64,000 bases of DNA from an uncultured delta proteobacterium (GCA_963794325.1 CAWCDG010000004.1:1472001-1536000), one strand, 5' to 3'. Positions 39,157 through 49,139 are shown, counted from the stretch's first letter. Made by a program: numbers and translations. The notes: generated from the sequence alone by a model not told the origin.

Positions 39157-39435
39157 CTAATGATAGTCGATGTAGTCCAGATCTACGACGTGCCCCTCCT
39201 CGAAACGGAAGATGACCCGCCAATTTCCGGACACCGAAACTGCATAGTGCCCTTTCAAGACTCCTTTCAATGCGTGGAGCCGAAAGCCGGGGACATTCGC
39301 ATCTTGAGCCGTGTGGCTTCGGTCCAGGACCGCAAGAATGTCGCGCAGCTTGTCGATATGCTGAGGAGCCACGTGCCCACTCGTCCGGCCATCGTACAAG
39401 GCCTTGAGGCCGCGATGTTTGAACGAGCGGATCAC
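39157..39435 (-). CDS. higB: HigB toxin (RelE/ParE family)
   Basis: MIRSFKHRGL, PGFRLH.LKG, V.VSGNWRVIFRF, DYIDYH; lies upstream of higA. Confidence 0.93.
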   Translation of the reverse strand: MIRSFKHRGLKALYDGRTSGHVAPQHIDKLRDILAVLDRSHTAQDANVPGFRLHALKGVLKGHYAVSVSGNWRVIFRFEEGHVVDLDYIDYH

Positions 39436-39436
39436 T

Positions 39437-39472
39437 CTACATTTTTGTAGCCTGTCACTTGTCGCTTGTCAA
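39437..39472 (-). promoter_or_regulatory. Sigma70 promoter of higBA with overlapping palindrome
   Basis: TTGACA-N17-TACAAA on the minus strand; CTACA-tttt-TGTAG palindrome at 39437-39450. Confidence 0.6.
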
Positions 39473-39933
39473 TCGCGCATCTTCGTGTTGGTGCGCAGCG
39501 CAATCAAGCCCGGCAGATCGTATTGTGGGAGGTCGTCGGCGATTTCGAACCATGGCGGGTTCAGCTCGATGAAGATGTGCTTGTCGGGTCTGATGCCGGG
39601 ATCGTCGTCGAGCAGGCCGGCGGGAATTTCGAGCAATCCTGAACGGCCGCGGGTCTTTTTCGGTTCTGGATCAGGATTTGGCACCGGCGAACCACAGCGG
39701 CTGCAGAACGACGCGCGAAAGGCGGGAGGCGTGCGCAATATCGGCGCCTCGTAGGTGGTGATTAGCTCCTTGCCCTGCACGAGGCGAAAGTCCCCGAAGC
39801 TGACATAGAGTCCTGAAAAAAATGCGGAGCCGGTGACTTTGCGGCATCGCGTGCAATGGCAGAGCTCGAAGGGGCCGGCTGGTTTGCTGATTTCGAAACG
39901 AATTCCGCCGCACAGACAGCTTCCGTGGATCAT
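39469..39933 (-). CDS. GFA (CENP-V) family Zn protein
   Basis: GSCLCG.IRF, CHC..CRK, FC..CGSP. Confidence 0.9.
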   Translation of the reverse strand: MIHGSCLCGGIRFEISKPAGPFELCHCTRCRKVTGSAFFSGLYVSFGDFRLVQGKELITTYEAPILRTPPAFRASFCSRCGSPVPNPDPEPKKTRGRSGLLEIPAGLLDDDPGIRPDKHIFIELNPPWFEIADDLPQYDLPGLIALRTNTKMRD

Positions 39934-39984
39934 TTGATGCACCTCCCGGATCAGAGTCAGAATCTTGAATCGCGCGCTGTGATC

Positions 39985-40026
39985 GGACCTTCACCTTCGA
40001 TCCTCTCCCATTTTGGGAGAGGGGAA
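39985..40026. repeat. CCTCTCCC-loop-GGGAGAGG hairpin repeat
   Basis: Homologous to the reverse complement of 17977-18015. Confidence 0.7.
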
Positions 40027-40156
40027 TAAAGAGCTTTGCAATTTTACTAAACGATTGGTATGTGATTGGAAGCCTTGGTGAATCGCAATTGTCGGGTTGC
40101 GGTACATTACTCGTGACAACTGAAACTGAAAGCCCGGCCTCATGGAGGATCTCCGA

Positions 40157-41239
40157 ATGAAAGTTGGTGGCGCTGTTATTTTTCAGAATCCGCACAATGT
40201 GCGATCGGATCGCGACGTTTATGTCGAAGACCTGCGGATCGGCGACCTCTACGAGCCGCTTGGCTTCGATTCCATCTGGAGCGTCGAGCATCATTTCGAC
40301 GACTACACGATGTGCCCCGACGTGCTGCAGTTCCTGACCTACTTCGCCGGGCGCACGAAGACGGTTCAGCTCGGATCGATGGTGGTCGTGATGCCGTGGC
40401 ATGACCCGATGCGCGTCGCCGAGCAGGTATCAGTCGTCGATCACATGTCGAACGGGCGCATGATTCTCGGACTTGGGCGCGGCCTTGCGCGCATCGAGTT
40501 CGAGGGCTTTCGCGTTCCGCTCGGCGAATCGCGCGAGCGCTTTATCGAATCGGCCGAGATGCTGATCCAGGGTCTCGAGAAGGGCTACTGCGAATACGAC
40601 GGCAAGTACATCAAGCAGCCGCGCCGCGACATCCGGCCCAAGCCGTTCAAGTCGTTCAAGGGACGCACTTACGCGGCCGCGGTCTCGCCCGAGTCGGCGC
40701 GAATCATGGCGAAGCTCGGCATCGGCATTTTGATAATTCCGCAAAAGCCATGGGAAGCCGTCGCGCAGGAACTCGGCGAGTATCGCACTATCTACAAACA
40801 GGTGAATGGCGGAGAGCCGCTGCCGACAATCGCGGCGGGCTGGACCTTCTGCGACAAGAGCGCCGACCGCGCGCGCGAGATGGCGGTCAAGTACATCGGC
40901 GGCTACTGGGACACCGCGCTGCGTCATTACGAGATGGCGAGCGAGAATTTCGGCAAGGCCAAGGGCTACGAATATTACGAGCAGATGGCGAAGGCCTTGA
41001 AGGGCAACACGAGCGCGTCGATCGAGTATTTCCTGAGCCTGCAGGTGTGGGGCACGCCCGAGATGTGCTTCAACAAGATCGACGAGATTCGCCAGAAGGT
41101 CGGCGCGGACCATTACACCGGCGTGTTCAGCTATTCAGGGATGCCGATCGAGGACGCGGAGAAGAGCCTGCGGCTTTTCGCGGCCGAGGTGATGCCGGAG
41201 TTGAAGAAGCTCAACGGAGTGAAGGCCGAGGCTGCGTAG
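40157..41239 (+). CDS. LLM-class flavin-dependent oxidoreductase
   Basis: GFDSIWSVEHHF, P.RVAE...VD..S.GR..LGLGRG, LFAAEVMP; GGAGG RBS. Confidence 0.93.
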   Translation: MKVGGAVIFQNPHNVRSDRDVYVEDLRIGDLYEPLGFDSIWSVEHHFDDYTMCPDVLQFLTYFAGRTKTVQLGSMVVVMPWHDPMRVAEQVSVVDHMSNGRMILGLGRGLARIEFEGFRVPLGESRERFIESAEMLIQGLEKGYCEYDGKYIKQPRRDIRPKPFKSFKGRTYAAAVSPESARIMAKLGIGILIIPQKPWEAVAQELGEYRTIYKQVNGGEPLPTIAAGWTFCDKSADRAREMAVKYIGGYWDTALRHYEMASENFGKAKGYEYYEQMAKALKGNTSASIEYFLSLQVWGTPEMCFNKIDEIRQKVGADHYTGVFSYSGMPIEDAEKSLRLFAAEVMPELKKLNGVKAEAA

Positions 41240-41253
41240 GAAGAACCGAGATG

Positions 41254-41334
41254 ATAATCGCCTGCGCGGCGGGCGGCAGGGGTGACCCCTGCACCCGGTG
41301 TTAAGAAAGATGCGGGACTTCGTCCCTGTTAGAA
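41254..41334 (+). repeat. Modular element copy 8 (arm E, core, arm C)
   Basis: ataatcgcctgcgcggcgggc, ggcaggggtgacccctgcaccc, ttaagaaagatgcgggacttcgtccctgttagaa. Confidence 0.9.
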
Positions 41335-41386
41335 AGTTCTTGAAGGGAGACGAATCGCGGTAGGTTTCCCGTTTCCTATTTGCAGG

Positions 41387-42175
41387 CTACTTGCAGACGA
41401 ATTTGCCGGGACGCCTCTCTGCTACTGCTTTGACGCCTTCGCGATGATCCTCGGTGCGGAACAGCCACGACTGTTCCTTGAACTCGTGATCGGTTTGCGC
41501 TTTGACCGCGTCGGCGAGGCCCTGGCGGATAGTCCCTCGCGTCGATAGCAGTGCGAGCGGCGCGCCTCCGGCGATTTCTTCCGCGAGCGAGAGCGCGGCG
41601 TCGCGCAGGTCCTCCGAGTCCACGAGTTGATCGCACAGCCCCCATTCCAGCGCCTCCGTACCTTCTATCCGGCGGCCCGTGAGGAACATCAGGCTGGCTT
41701 TTTGCACGCCGATTAAACGCGGGAGCGTGTAGGTCAGGCCGAAGCCGGGATGGATGCCGATCTTCACGAAGTTGGCAGCGAAGCGCGCGTCGGGAGTTGC
41801 TACGCGGAAGTCGGCGACCAGCGCGAGTCCCAATCCTCCGCCGATTGCGGGTCCTTGTATCGCGGCGATGACCGGCTTTTTGCATCGGAACAATCGCACG
41901 CCCTCGACGTACAACGGATTCTCGCCAGTGCGCGCCGGCGCCTCGCCGCTTTGCGCATCGCGATTCGCAAAGTTCGCGCCTGCGCAAAATGACTTGCCGT
42001 CCGAGCAGAGCATCAGCGCACGGCACTCAGTCTCATTGTCGAGCGCCTCGAACGCATCGGCCAGATCGTGAATCAGCTTGAAGTCGAAGAAATTGTGCGG
42101 CGGCCGGTGAATCTCGAGGGTCGCCACATTGCCGTCGAGCGCGACCGATACGTCGCCATACTTTGCTTCCAACAT
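41387..42175 (-). CDS. Enoyl-CoA hydratase/isomerase family protein
   Basis: FCAGA, KPVIAAIQGPAIGGG, GIHPGFG....LPRLIG, D.REG. Confidence 0.93.
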   Translation of the reverse strand: MLEAKYGDVSVALDGNVATLEIHRPPHNFFDFKLIHDLADAFEALDNETECRALMLCSDGKSFCAGANFANRDAQSGEAPARTGENPLYVEGVRLFRCKKPVIAAIQGPAIGGGLGLALVADFRVATPDARFAANFVKIGIHPGFGLTYTLPRLIGVQKASLMFLTGRRIEGTEALEWGLCDQLVDSEDLRDAALSLAEEIAGGAPLALLSTRGTIRQGLADAVKAQTDHEFKEQSWLFRTEDHREGVKAVAERRPGKFVCK

Positions 42176-42235
42176 TAGATGCTCCCTGATGCGCCTATAG
42201 CCTGAACTCGTGCAAGCTGCTACAAGGTTATAGTT

Positions 42236-42406
42236 CGAACGTCAAGGAAGACACGCACGATGATAGCCAATATCGAAAGGACCCGGGGAACCTCCCGTGG
42301 TGGTGTGTCTGCGACGTTCGGTCATCATTGACTCGATAGCATAATAAGAACGCGAAAGACGGCCACGGGTGTTAAGTGAAAACACTCCGTGGCCGTTTTG
42401 TTTTTT
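42236..42406 (+). ncRNA. Candidate structured leader (attenuator) or small RNA ending in an intrinsic terminator
   Basis: Stems cgaacgtc/gacgttcg and agacac/gtgtct; strong hairpin 42358-42397 plus T-tract, 37 nt before the ABC gene ATG; family not recognised. Confidence 0.45.
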
Positions 42407-42443
42407 GGAGATGAAAACGCGCGCGTTAAAGGCAGGTAATTCA

Positions 42444-43184
42444 ATGCTGGTAGAAGTTGAAAATTTGACTAAGACGTTCGACGAATTTCGCGCTGTCGAT
42501 GACGTCAGCTTCGGAATCGAGCGCGGCGAGATCATCGGGATGCTTGGGCCCAACGGCGCCGGCAAGACCACGACGATTCATATGATTCTCGGGTTGATCA
42601 CGCCGACCTCGGGACGCATCAGCATTTTCGGGAAGTCGATGGCGACGCATCGCGGCGAAATCCTCGAGCGGATGAATTTCACCTCGCCGTACGTCGCGTT
42701 TCCATGGCGGCTGACGGTGCTCGAGAACCTGAAGGTCTTCGCGCGCATCTACAACCTGAAAAAGCCGCGCGAGCGAATCGACCAGCTGCTCGAGCAGTTC
42801 GGCATCACCAAGCTGCGCGACAAGGCGGTCGCGCGTCTGTCGTCGGGCGAGAATACGCGCGTCGGACTGTGCAAGGCGTTCATGAACGATCCGGAACTCC
42901 TGCTGCTCGACGAGCCGACGGCGTATCTCGATCCGGAGGTCTCGTGGCAGGTGAAGAATGCGCTGCTCGACGCGCAACGCGAAAAGGGAACGACGATTCT
43001 GTACACGTCGCACAACATGGCCGAGGTCGAGCGGATGTGTAAGCGGATCGTTTTTCTCCATCACGGGAAAGTGATCGCCGTGGGCAGTCCGATCGAAATC
43101 ACGCAGGCGCTTCTCGAAGAAGAACGCGAAGAACCCGCGCTCGAGGAAGTCTTCCTGCGCGTGGTCAAAGGCAAGGCAGCATGA
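42444..43184 (+). CDS. ABC exporter ATP-binding subunit (DrrA/NodI-like)
   Basis: GPNGAGKT, LSSGE, LLLDEPT, SHNM.E. Confidence 0.93.
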   Translation: MLVEVENLTKTFDEFRAVDDVSFGIERGEIIGMLGPNGAGKTTTIHMILGLITPTSGRISIFGKSMATHRGEILERMNFTSPYVAFPWRLTVLENLKVFARIYNLKKPRERIDQLLEQFGITKLRDKAVARLSSGENTRVGLCKAFMNDPELLLLDEPTAYLDPEVSWQVKNALLDAQREKGTTILYTSHNMAEVERMCKRIVFLHHGKVIAVGSPIEITQALLEEEREEPALEEVFLRVVKGKAA

Positions 43185-43969
43185 AGTTACATCGCATCAA
43201 CGCCGTCATCGAGCGGCATTTATATGAATCGCGGCGCAACTTCGATCGCGTCGTCGATATGATCTGGTGGCCGGTGCTCGACATCGTCATGTGGGGCTTC
43301 TTCACGGTTTACCTGGCGCACAGCAACCGTCTGCAGCCGAATGTAGTTAGCTGTCTGCTCGGCGGAATAATTCTGTGGGGAACCTTCTACAGCTTTCAGC
43401 GCGACATGGCGGTCGGATTCATCGACGAACTATGGTGCCGCAACCTCATCAACCTGTTCTCGACGCCGTTGACGCTGGCTGAATACATGGCGGGCCTCCT
43501 GACGGTGTGCCTGATGAAGGTGATGGTCGGACTGATTGCCGCATCGGCGATCGCATGGGCGGCGTACTCATTCGACATCATTCCGTGGCTGCCGACGTTC
43601 ATTCCCTACATGGCAAACCTGTTGTTCTTCGCGCTGGCGATCGGAATCGCGATCACCGGCATGATCTTTCGCTACACGACCAAAGTGCAGGCGCTGGCGT
43701 GGGGCTTCGCGGGTCTGCTGATGCCGGTATCGTGCGTCATGTATCCGATGTCGTCGCTGCCGCATTGGCTTCAGGGCATCGCGTGGGTGATGCCGACAGC
43801 GCATTCGTTCGAAGGGATGCGCGGCATTCTCAATGGCCAGGGATTTTCCCCGATGCATTTCTGGTGGGGCGTCGGGTTGAACGTCGTATATTTCGCGGTG
43901 GCGATCGTTTTCTTCGGCTGGATTTACGAGAAGGCGCGCAACCGGGGCTTGTTGGTCAAGCAGGAATAG
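43181..43969 (+). CDS. ABC-2 type permease
   Basis: Six TM segments, S.V.YP...LP.WLQ, ATGA overlap with the ATPase gene. Confidence 0.9.
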   Translation: MKLHRINAVIERHLYESRRNFDRVVDMIWWPVLDIVMWGFFTVYLAHSNRLQPNVVSCLLGGIILWGTFYSFQRDMAVGFIDELWCRNLINLFSTPLTLAEYMAGLLTVCLMKVMVGLIAASAIAWAAYSFDIIPWLPTFIPYMANLLFFALAIGIAITGMIFRYTTKVQALAWGFAGLLMPVSCVMYPMSSLPHWLQGIAWVMPTAHSFEGMRGILNGQGFSPMHFWWGVGLNVVYFAVAIVFFGWIYEKARNRGLLVKQE

Positions 43970-43986
43970 CCGCGATGCGCCATTGC

Positions 43987-44097
43987 ATTTCAATGAAATT
44001 TGCATCGAACGGCACGATGCATTTTGAAATGTCGCCTTATCAAAAGATCCAAAAAGCCTTATGGAACGGGCGTTTCCGCGTTGGCACGCGCGGTGCT
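43987..44097 (+). promoter_or_regulatory. Candidate sigma54 promoter and upstream activator sites of the kdp operon
   Basis: TTGGCACGCGCGGTGCT at 44081-44097 (GG-N10-GC); palindromes ATTTCA-a-TGAAAT (43987) and CATTT-tg-AAATG (44020). Confidence 0.6.
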
Positions 44098-44140
44098 GTT
44101 ACCCCTGTCGGAAGGAATCCGACGGAGGCTGACACATCCA

Positions 44141-44482
44141 ATGAAACCTGGAATCGAAACCAAGACGCCGCACCTGTTTGCGATCAAAGTCCTCGACAAA
44201 CTTCCCGGCCTCTTCAAGCCTCGCCGGTACCTTTATCATTGCGTGCGCTGCAAGTGGTCGTTCGTCGTCAACGACGGACGCCGCGGCGCGCTAAAGCCGA
44301 TCCCGGACAACGGCACGCCCCTGACGCGTGACGAAGTCGTCGCACGCGCCGAAACATTCGCGGCCGGCCCATGCCCTGCGATGCGAGTGGTGGCGGAGGC
44401 GCACTTGCACCTAAACGGATCGAACGGCCACGCTCCCGCTCATGCCGAAACCCCGGCGCGTTTTGATCTGGGTTCGCGCTGA
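44141..44482 (+). CDS. 113 aa hypothetical protein with HCxxC and GPCP
   Basis: ATG at 44141 within ORF 44000..44482, GGAGG upstream; first gene after the sigma54 site. Confidence 0.65.
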   Translation: MKPGIETKTPHLFAIKVLDKLPGLFKPRRYLYHCVRCKWSFVVNDGRRGALKPIPDNGTPLTRDEVVARAETFAAGPCPAMRVVAEAHLHLNGSNGHAPAHAETPARFDLGSR

Positions 44483-44520
44483 CTACTGCACTAAACTTTT
44501 TTCACAGACTGGAGACCTGT

Positions 44521-44604
44521 ATGTGGGATTTGATCTCAATTCTCGCCAGCATCGCCTTTTTCGTAATCGCGATCGAATACGTTCGGGGGTGCGACAACCT
44601 ATGA
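44521..44604 (+). CDS. 27 aa hydrophobic peptide upstream of kdpF
   Basis: GGAG RBS; MWDLISILASIAFFVIAIEYVRGCDNL; ATGA overlap with kdpF. Confidence 0.8.
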   Translation: MWDLISILASIAFFVIAIEYVRGCDNL

Positions 44605-44693
44605 GCCCGGTTGAAACTGTACTCGGTGGAGTCTGCGCGCTCTTGCTGGGCGCCTACTTGATTTACGCACTGATCCGCCCCGAACGATTCTAA
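44601..44693 (+). CDS. kdpF: K+-transporting ATPase subunit F
   Basis: MSPVETVLGGVCALLLGAYLIYALIRPERF, with the YL.YAL..PE.F signature. Confidence 0.92.
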   Translation: MSPVETVLGGVCALLLGAYLIYALIRPERF

Positions 44694-44718
44694 GTCCTGC
44701 TAGCCGGTAAATTACTAC

Positions 44719-46446
44719 ATGCTATCCAATTCCATTATTCAGCTCGCTGTCTATTTCATTCTCGTGACGGCGATCAGCGTGCCGCTCGGTCTGTACATGG
44801 CGCGAGTGTTCTCCAATGAGCGCACCTTTTTGGACCCGGTGCTCTCACCGATCGAGAGATCGATCTACCGGATTTGCGGGATCGACCCTCGCGCCGAGAC
44901 GGGCTGGGCGGCATATTCGATCGCGATGCTCGCGTTCAGCTTGATCTCGATGATCTTTCTGTACGCGCTGCAGCGGCTCCAATATTACCTGCCGCTGAAC
45001 CCGCAGGGACTCGCTGGTGTTCCGCCAGGCCTGGCCTTCAACACGGCCGCCAGCTTCACGACCAATACCAACTGGCAGGCATACTCGGGCGAGCAGACGC
45101 TGAGTTATCTGACGCAGATGGTCGGGCTGACCTCGCACAATTTTCTATCGGCCGCAGCCGGAATCGCGATGGCGGCGGCGGTGATTCGCGGGTTCGCGCG
45201 CCGCAGTGCCAGGACCATCGGTAATTTCTGGGTCGATCTCACGCGTACGACGCTGTGGGTGCTGCTGCCAATCTCCATTATCTTCGCGTTGGTCCTTGTC
45301 TGGCAGGGCGTTCCTGACAATTTCAGTCCGTACGTGAACGCGAAGACGCTCGAGGGCGCATCGCAAACGATAGCCGAAGGGCCGGTCGCGTCACAGGAAA
45401 TTATCAAGGAGCTCGGCACCAACGGCGGCGGCTTCATGAACTCGAACTCGTCGCATCCGTATGAGAATCCGACGCCGATTACCAACCTGCTCGAGATGCT
45501 CGCGATTTTTTCGATTGGCGCGGGCCTGACTCACACCTTCGGCAAGATGGTCGGCGATCGCCGCCAAGGATGGGCGCTGTTCGCAGTGATGGGAATTCTT
45601 TTCCTCGCGGGCGCGGCGCCGGCAATTTGGGCCGAGCAACACGGTAATCCACAATTCGCAATGATGGGACTCGACCAGCATGCCTCCGCGACGCAAAGCG
45701 GCGGCAACATGGAGGGCAAGGAGACCCGTTTCGGAATCGTCGAGTCCGCGATGTGGGCGACCGTTACCACCGACACTTCGTGCGGCGCCGTCAACTCGAT
45801 GCACGACAGCTACACGCCGCTCGGCGGGCTGGTGCCTCTAATCAACATGCAGCTCGGCGAGGTGATCTTCGGCGGCGTCGGCTCGGGACTTTACGGGATC
45901 ATCGTGATGGCGGTGCTGGCGGTGTTCATCGCGGGCCTGATGGTCGGTCGGACGCCTGAGTATCTCGGGAAGAAAATTGAAGCTCGCGAGATGAAGCTCG
46001 CGATGCTCTACGTGCTGATTTTCCCGGCCGTCATCCTGATCCCAAGCGCGATCGGAGTGGTCATTCCCGCGGGCACCTCGAGCATGTCCAATCCCGGGCC
46101 GCACGGATTGTCCCAGGTGCTCTACGCGTTCACCGAGGCGGGCGCGAACAACGGCTCCGCATTCGCAGGACTCAACGCCAACGTGCCCTTCTACAACGTG
46201 ACGATGGCGATTGTGATGCTGCTCGGCCGATTCATGATGGCGATTCCCGCGCTCGCGATCGCCGGCTCGGTCGCCGCCAAGAAAACTACCGCCGCCAGCG
46301 CCGGGACGTTCCCGACCGACGGCATTCCGTTCGTGTTCCTGCTGATTGGCGTAATCCTGATCGTCGGCGCGCTGACGTTCTTCTGCGCCGATGCGCTCGG
46401 ACCCATTGTCGAACAATTGCTGATGATGGCCGGGAAACTCTTCTAG
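44719..46446 (+). CDS. kdpA: K+-transporting ATPase subunit A
   Basis: [43 protein letters not shown]. Confidence 0.98.
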   Translation: MLSNSIIQLAVYFILVTAISVPLGLYMARVFSNERTFLDPVLSPIERSIYRICGIDPRAETGWAAYSIAMLAFSLISMIFLYALQRLQYYLPLNPQGLAGVPPGLAFNTAASFTTNTNWQAYSGEQTLSYLTQMVGLTSHNFLSAAAGIAMAAAVIRGFARRSARTIGNFWVDLTRTTLWVLLPISIIFALVLVWQGVPDNFSPYVNAKTLEGASQTIAEGPVASQEIIKELGTNGGGFMNSNSSHPYENPTPITNLLEMLAIFSIGAGLTHTFGKMVGDRRQGWALFAVMGILFLAGAAPAIWAEQHGNPQFAMMGLDQHASATQSGGNMEGKETRFGIVESAMWATVTTDTSCGAVNSMHDSYTPLGGLVPLINMQLGEVIFGGVGSGLYGIIVMAVLAVFIAGLMVGRTPEYLGKKIEAREMKLAMLYVLIFPAVILIPSAIGVVIPAGTSSMSNPGPHGLSQVLYAFTEAGANNGSAFAGLNANVPFYNVTMAIVMLLGRFMMAIPALAIAGSVAAKKTTAASAGTFPTDGIPFVFLLIGVILIVGALTFFCADALGPIVEQLLMMAGKLF

Positions 46447-46462
46447 GTCTGGTGTCCCAACT

Positions 46463-48505
46463 ATGAGTGATCGCAAGGCTCCCGCTCTCTGGAATCGCGA
46501 AATCGTCTCGCGCGCGTCGATCGAATCGTTTACCAAGCTCGACCCGCGCCTGATGATCAAAAATCCGGTGATGTTCGTGGTCGAAGTGACCAGCGTCATG
46601 GTTATGTTCACGCTGTTTCGCGACATCCTGGCTCACAAGACGGTGCTGGCGGGATTTGAATTTCAAATCGCGCTGTGGCTGTGGTTCACCGTCCTTTTTG
46701 CGAACTTCGCCGAGGCAATGGCGGAAGGTCGCGGCAAGGCACAGGCCGAAAATCTGCGCAAGACTCGCACTGAAACCCAGGCCAAGCTGATCGGCGCCGA
46801 TGGCCAGACGAAACTCGTGCCGGCCGCGCAGCTCCGCCGTGGCGACATCGTGATGGTAGCGGCGGGCGACGTAATTCCCGGCGACGGCGAAGTGATCGAG
46901 GGCATCGCCGCAGTCAACGAAGCTGCTATCACCGGAGAATCCGCACCGGTCATTCGCGAAAGCGGCGGCGATCGCAGCGGCGTCACCGGCGGGACCACCG
47001 TCATCTCCGACTGGATCAAGGTGAAGATCACCGCCAATCCCGGCGAGACCTTCCTCGATCGCATGATTGCGCTGGTCGAAGGTGCGCAGCGTCAAAAGAC
47101 CCCCAACGAAATCGCCTTGAGCATCCTGCTGTCCGGCCTCACGATCGTCTTTTTGCTCGTCGTCGTCACGCTCTATCCGTACGGGCTGTACGGCGGGACT
47201 AAGCTGAGTCTGCCAGTGCTGGTGTCGCTGCTGGTGTGCCTGATTCCGACGACGATCGGAGGATTGCTCTCGGCGATCGGAATCGCGGGGATGGATCGGC
47301 TTGTGCAGCACAACGTGCTCGCGATGTCGGGGCGCTCGGTCGAGGCGGCCGGCGATGTAGATACGCTGCTGCTCGACAAGACCGGAACTATCACTCTGGG
47401 AAACCGGATGGCCGCGGAGTTCATTCCAGTGCAAGGCGTGGAACCGCTCGAACTTGCCGAGGCCGCGCAGCTCGCGTCGCTGGCGGATGAGACACCGGAA
47501 GGACGCTCGATCGTCGTACTGGCCAAGCGCGAATTTAACCTGCGCGGCCGCGAGCTCGGCGAGGACGGCGCCACCTTTATACCGTTCTCCGCGCAAACCA
47601 GGATGAGCGGCGTGGACATCGGCGGCCGTCGAATCCGCAAGGGCGCCGCCGATCAGGTCGCAAATTTCGTCAAGGAAAACAACGGCATGCCGCCGACCGA
47701 CTTGCAGGCAATCGTCGAGCGCATCGCACGCAGCGGCGGAACTCCGCTGGTGGTCGCCGACGAGTCGAAGGCGCTTGGCGTGATTTATTTGAAAGACGTG
47801 GTCAAGGAAGGAATCCGCGAACGCTTCGAGCGCCTGCGCGCCATGGGTTTGCGCACCGTCATGATTACCGGCGACAATCCGCTGACCGCCGCCGCGATCG
47901 CCAAGGAATCCGGCGTCGACGATTTTCTGGCCGAGGCAACTCCCGAAACCAAGCTGCGGCTGATTCGCGAGGAGCAGAATCAGGGCAAGCTGGTCGCAAT
48001 GATTGGCGACGGCACCAACGACGCGCCCGCGCTCGCGCAGGCTGACGTGGGAATCGCGATGAACGCGGGCACCCAGGCCGCGCGCGAGGCCGGCAACATG
48101 ATCGATCTCGACTCGAATCCAACCAAGGTGATGGAGGTGGTCGAGATCGGCAAGCAGCTTCTAATGACCCGCGGCGCGCTGACGACCTTCTCCATCGCCA
48201 ACGACGTCGCCAAGTACTTCGCAATTATCCCCGCGCTGTTCATCGTCGAGTATCCAGAACTGCAGCGGCTCAACGTGATGCATCTGGCGACCCCGCAGAG
48301 CGCGATTCTGTCGGCGGTAATTTTCAACGCGCTGATTATCATCGCGTTGATTCCGCTGGCGCTGCGTGGCGTGCAATACCGTCCGGTCGGTGCGGCCGCG
48401 ATTCTGACTCGCAATCTTTTTATCTATGGATTCGGCGGCGTGATTATTCCGTTCATCGGCATCAAGGCCATCGACATCATGATCGCCGCGCTCCATCTCG
48501 CTTGA
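46463..48505 (+). CDS. kdpB: K+-transporting ATPase subunit B
   Basis: [38 protein letters not shown]. Confidence 0.98.
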   Translation: MSDRKAPALWNREIVSRASIESFTKLDPRLMIKNPVMFVVEVTSVMVMFTLFRDILAHKTVLAGFEFQIALWLWFTVLFANFAEAMAEGRGKAQAENLRKTRTETQAKLIGADGQTKLVPAAQLRRGDIVMVAAGDVIPGDGEVIEGIAAVNEAAITGESAPVIRESGGDRSGVTGGTTVISDWIKVKITANPGETFLDRMIALVEGAQRQKTPNEIALSILLSGLTIVFLLVVVTLYPYGLYGGTKLSLPVLVSLLVCLIPTTIGGLLSAIGIAGMDRLVQHNVLAMSGRSVEAAGDVDTLLLDKTGTITLGNRMAAEFIPVQGVEPLELAEAAQLASLADETPEGRSIVVLAKREFNLRGRELGEDGATFIPFSAQTRMSGVDIGGRRIRKGAADQVANFVKENNGMPPTDLQAIVERIARSGGTPLVVADESKALGVIYLKDVVKEGIRERFERLRAMGLRTVMITGDNPLTAAAIAKESGVDDFLAEATPETKLRLIREEQNQGKLVAMIGDGTNDAPALAQADVGIAMNAGTQAAREAGNMIDLDSNPTKVMEVVEIGKQLLMTRGALTTFSIANDVAKYFAIIPALFIVEYPELQRLNVMHLATPQSAILSAVIFNALIIIALIPLALRGVQYRPVGAAAILTRNLFIYGFGGVIIPFIGIKAIDIMIAALHLA

Positions 48506-48515
48506 GGTGTTTTCA

Positions 48516-49139
48516 GTGAAGACGTTCAAGACTGCTCTGCTAGCTACCGCGGTGCTCACCATCATCACCGGCATCATCTATCCGTTGGCGATGTGGGGAA
48601 TCGCGCAGGTGATTTTCCCGAGTCAGGCTGGCGGCAGCCTCGTCGTCGCCGGCAACAAGGTCGTCGGCTCGAGCCTTATCGGCCAGAATTTTGCATCGCC
48701 GCGCTACTTCCAGGGCCGACCCTCCGCCGCTGGTGACAAGGGCTACGCCGCCGACAACTCCGGCGGCTCGAATCTGGGCCCGACCAACAAGGCGCTGATC
48801 GACGCGGTCAAGTTGCGGCTGAAAAACTTCGTCGAAAGTAATCCCGGCACCGACCCACACCAGGTTCCAGTTGACCTGGTCACGGCTTCAGGCAGCGGGC
48901 TGGATCCCGAGATAAGTCCGGCGGCGGCCGACCTGCAAATTCCACGTGTTGCTCACGCGCGCGGTCTGAGCGAAGATCAGGTGCGGCAGTTGATCGCTGA
49001 AAACACGCGGCCGCGATCGGCGGGGATCTTCGGGGAGCCGGGGGTGAACGTACTGTTGCTGAACCTGGCCCTCGATCGCACCACTGGTAGTCATGCTGCG
49101 CGCGCCGCGGGAAGTCATGCTAGAACTCCCGGGACTTGA
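48516..49139 (+). CDS. kdpC: K+-transporting ATPase subunit C
   Basis: GS.LIGQ.F, YFQGRPSA, SGGSNLGP, VTASGSGLDPEIS, VNVL.LNLALD; GTG start at 48516 or 48507. Confidence 0.97.
   Translation: MKTFKTALLATAVLTIITGIIYPLAMWGIAQVIFPSQAGGSLVVAGNKVVGSSLIGQNFASPRYFQGRPSAAGDKGYAADNSGGSNLGPTNKALIDAVKLRLKNFVESNPGTDPHQVPVDLVTASGSGLDPEISPAAADLQIPRVAHARGLSEDQVRQLIAENTRPRSAGIFGEPGVNVLLLNLALDRTTGSHAARAAGSHARTPGT

Noticed and set aside
1460-41334. CRISPR array interpretation of the recurring palindromic core
   Set aside because: Copies are dispersed kilobases apart in both orientations, with no regular repeat-spacer pattern and no cas genes.
42262-42300. c-di-AMP (ydaO) riboswitch or 6S RNA
   Set aside because: Only cgaaagg..ggggaacc resembles ydaO and its 3' conserved blocks are absent; length and context do not fit 6S. 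Kept only as an unassigned structured leader.
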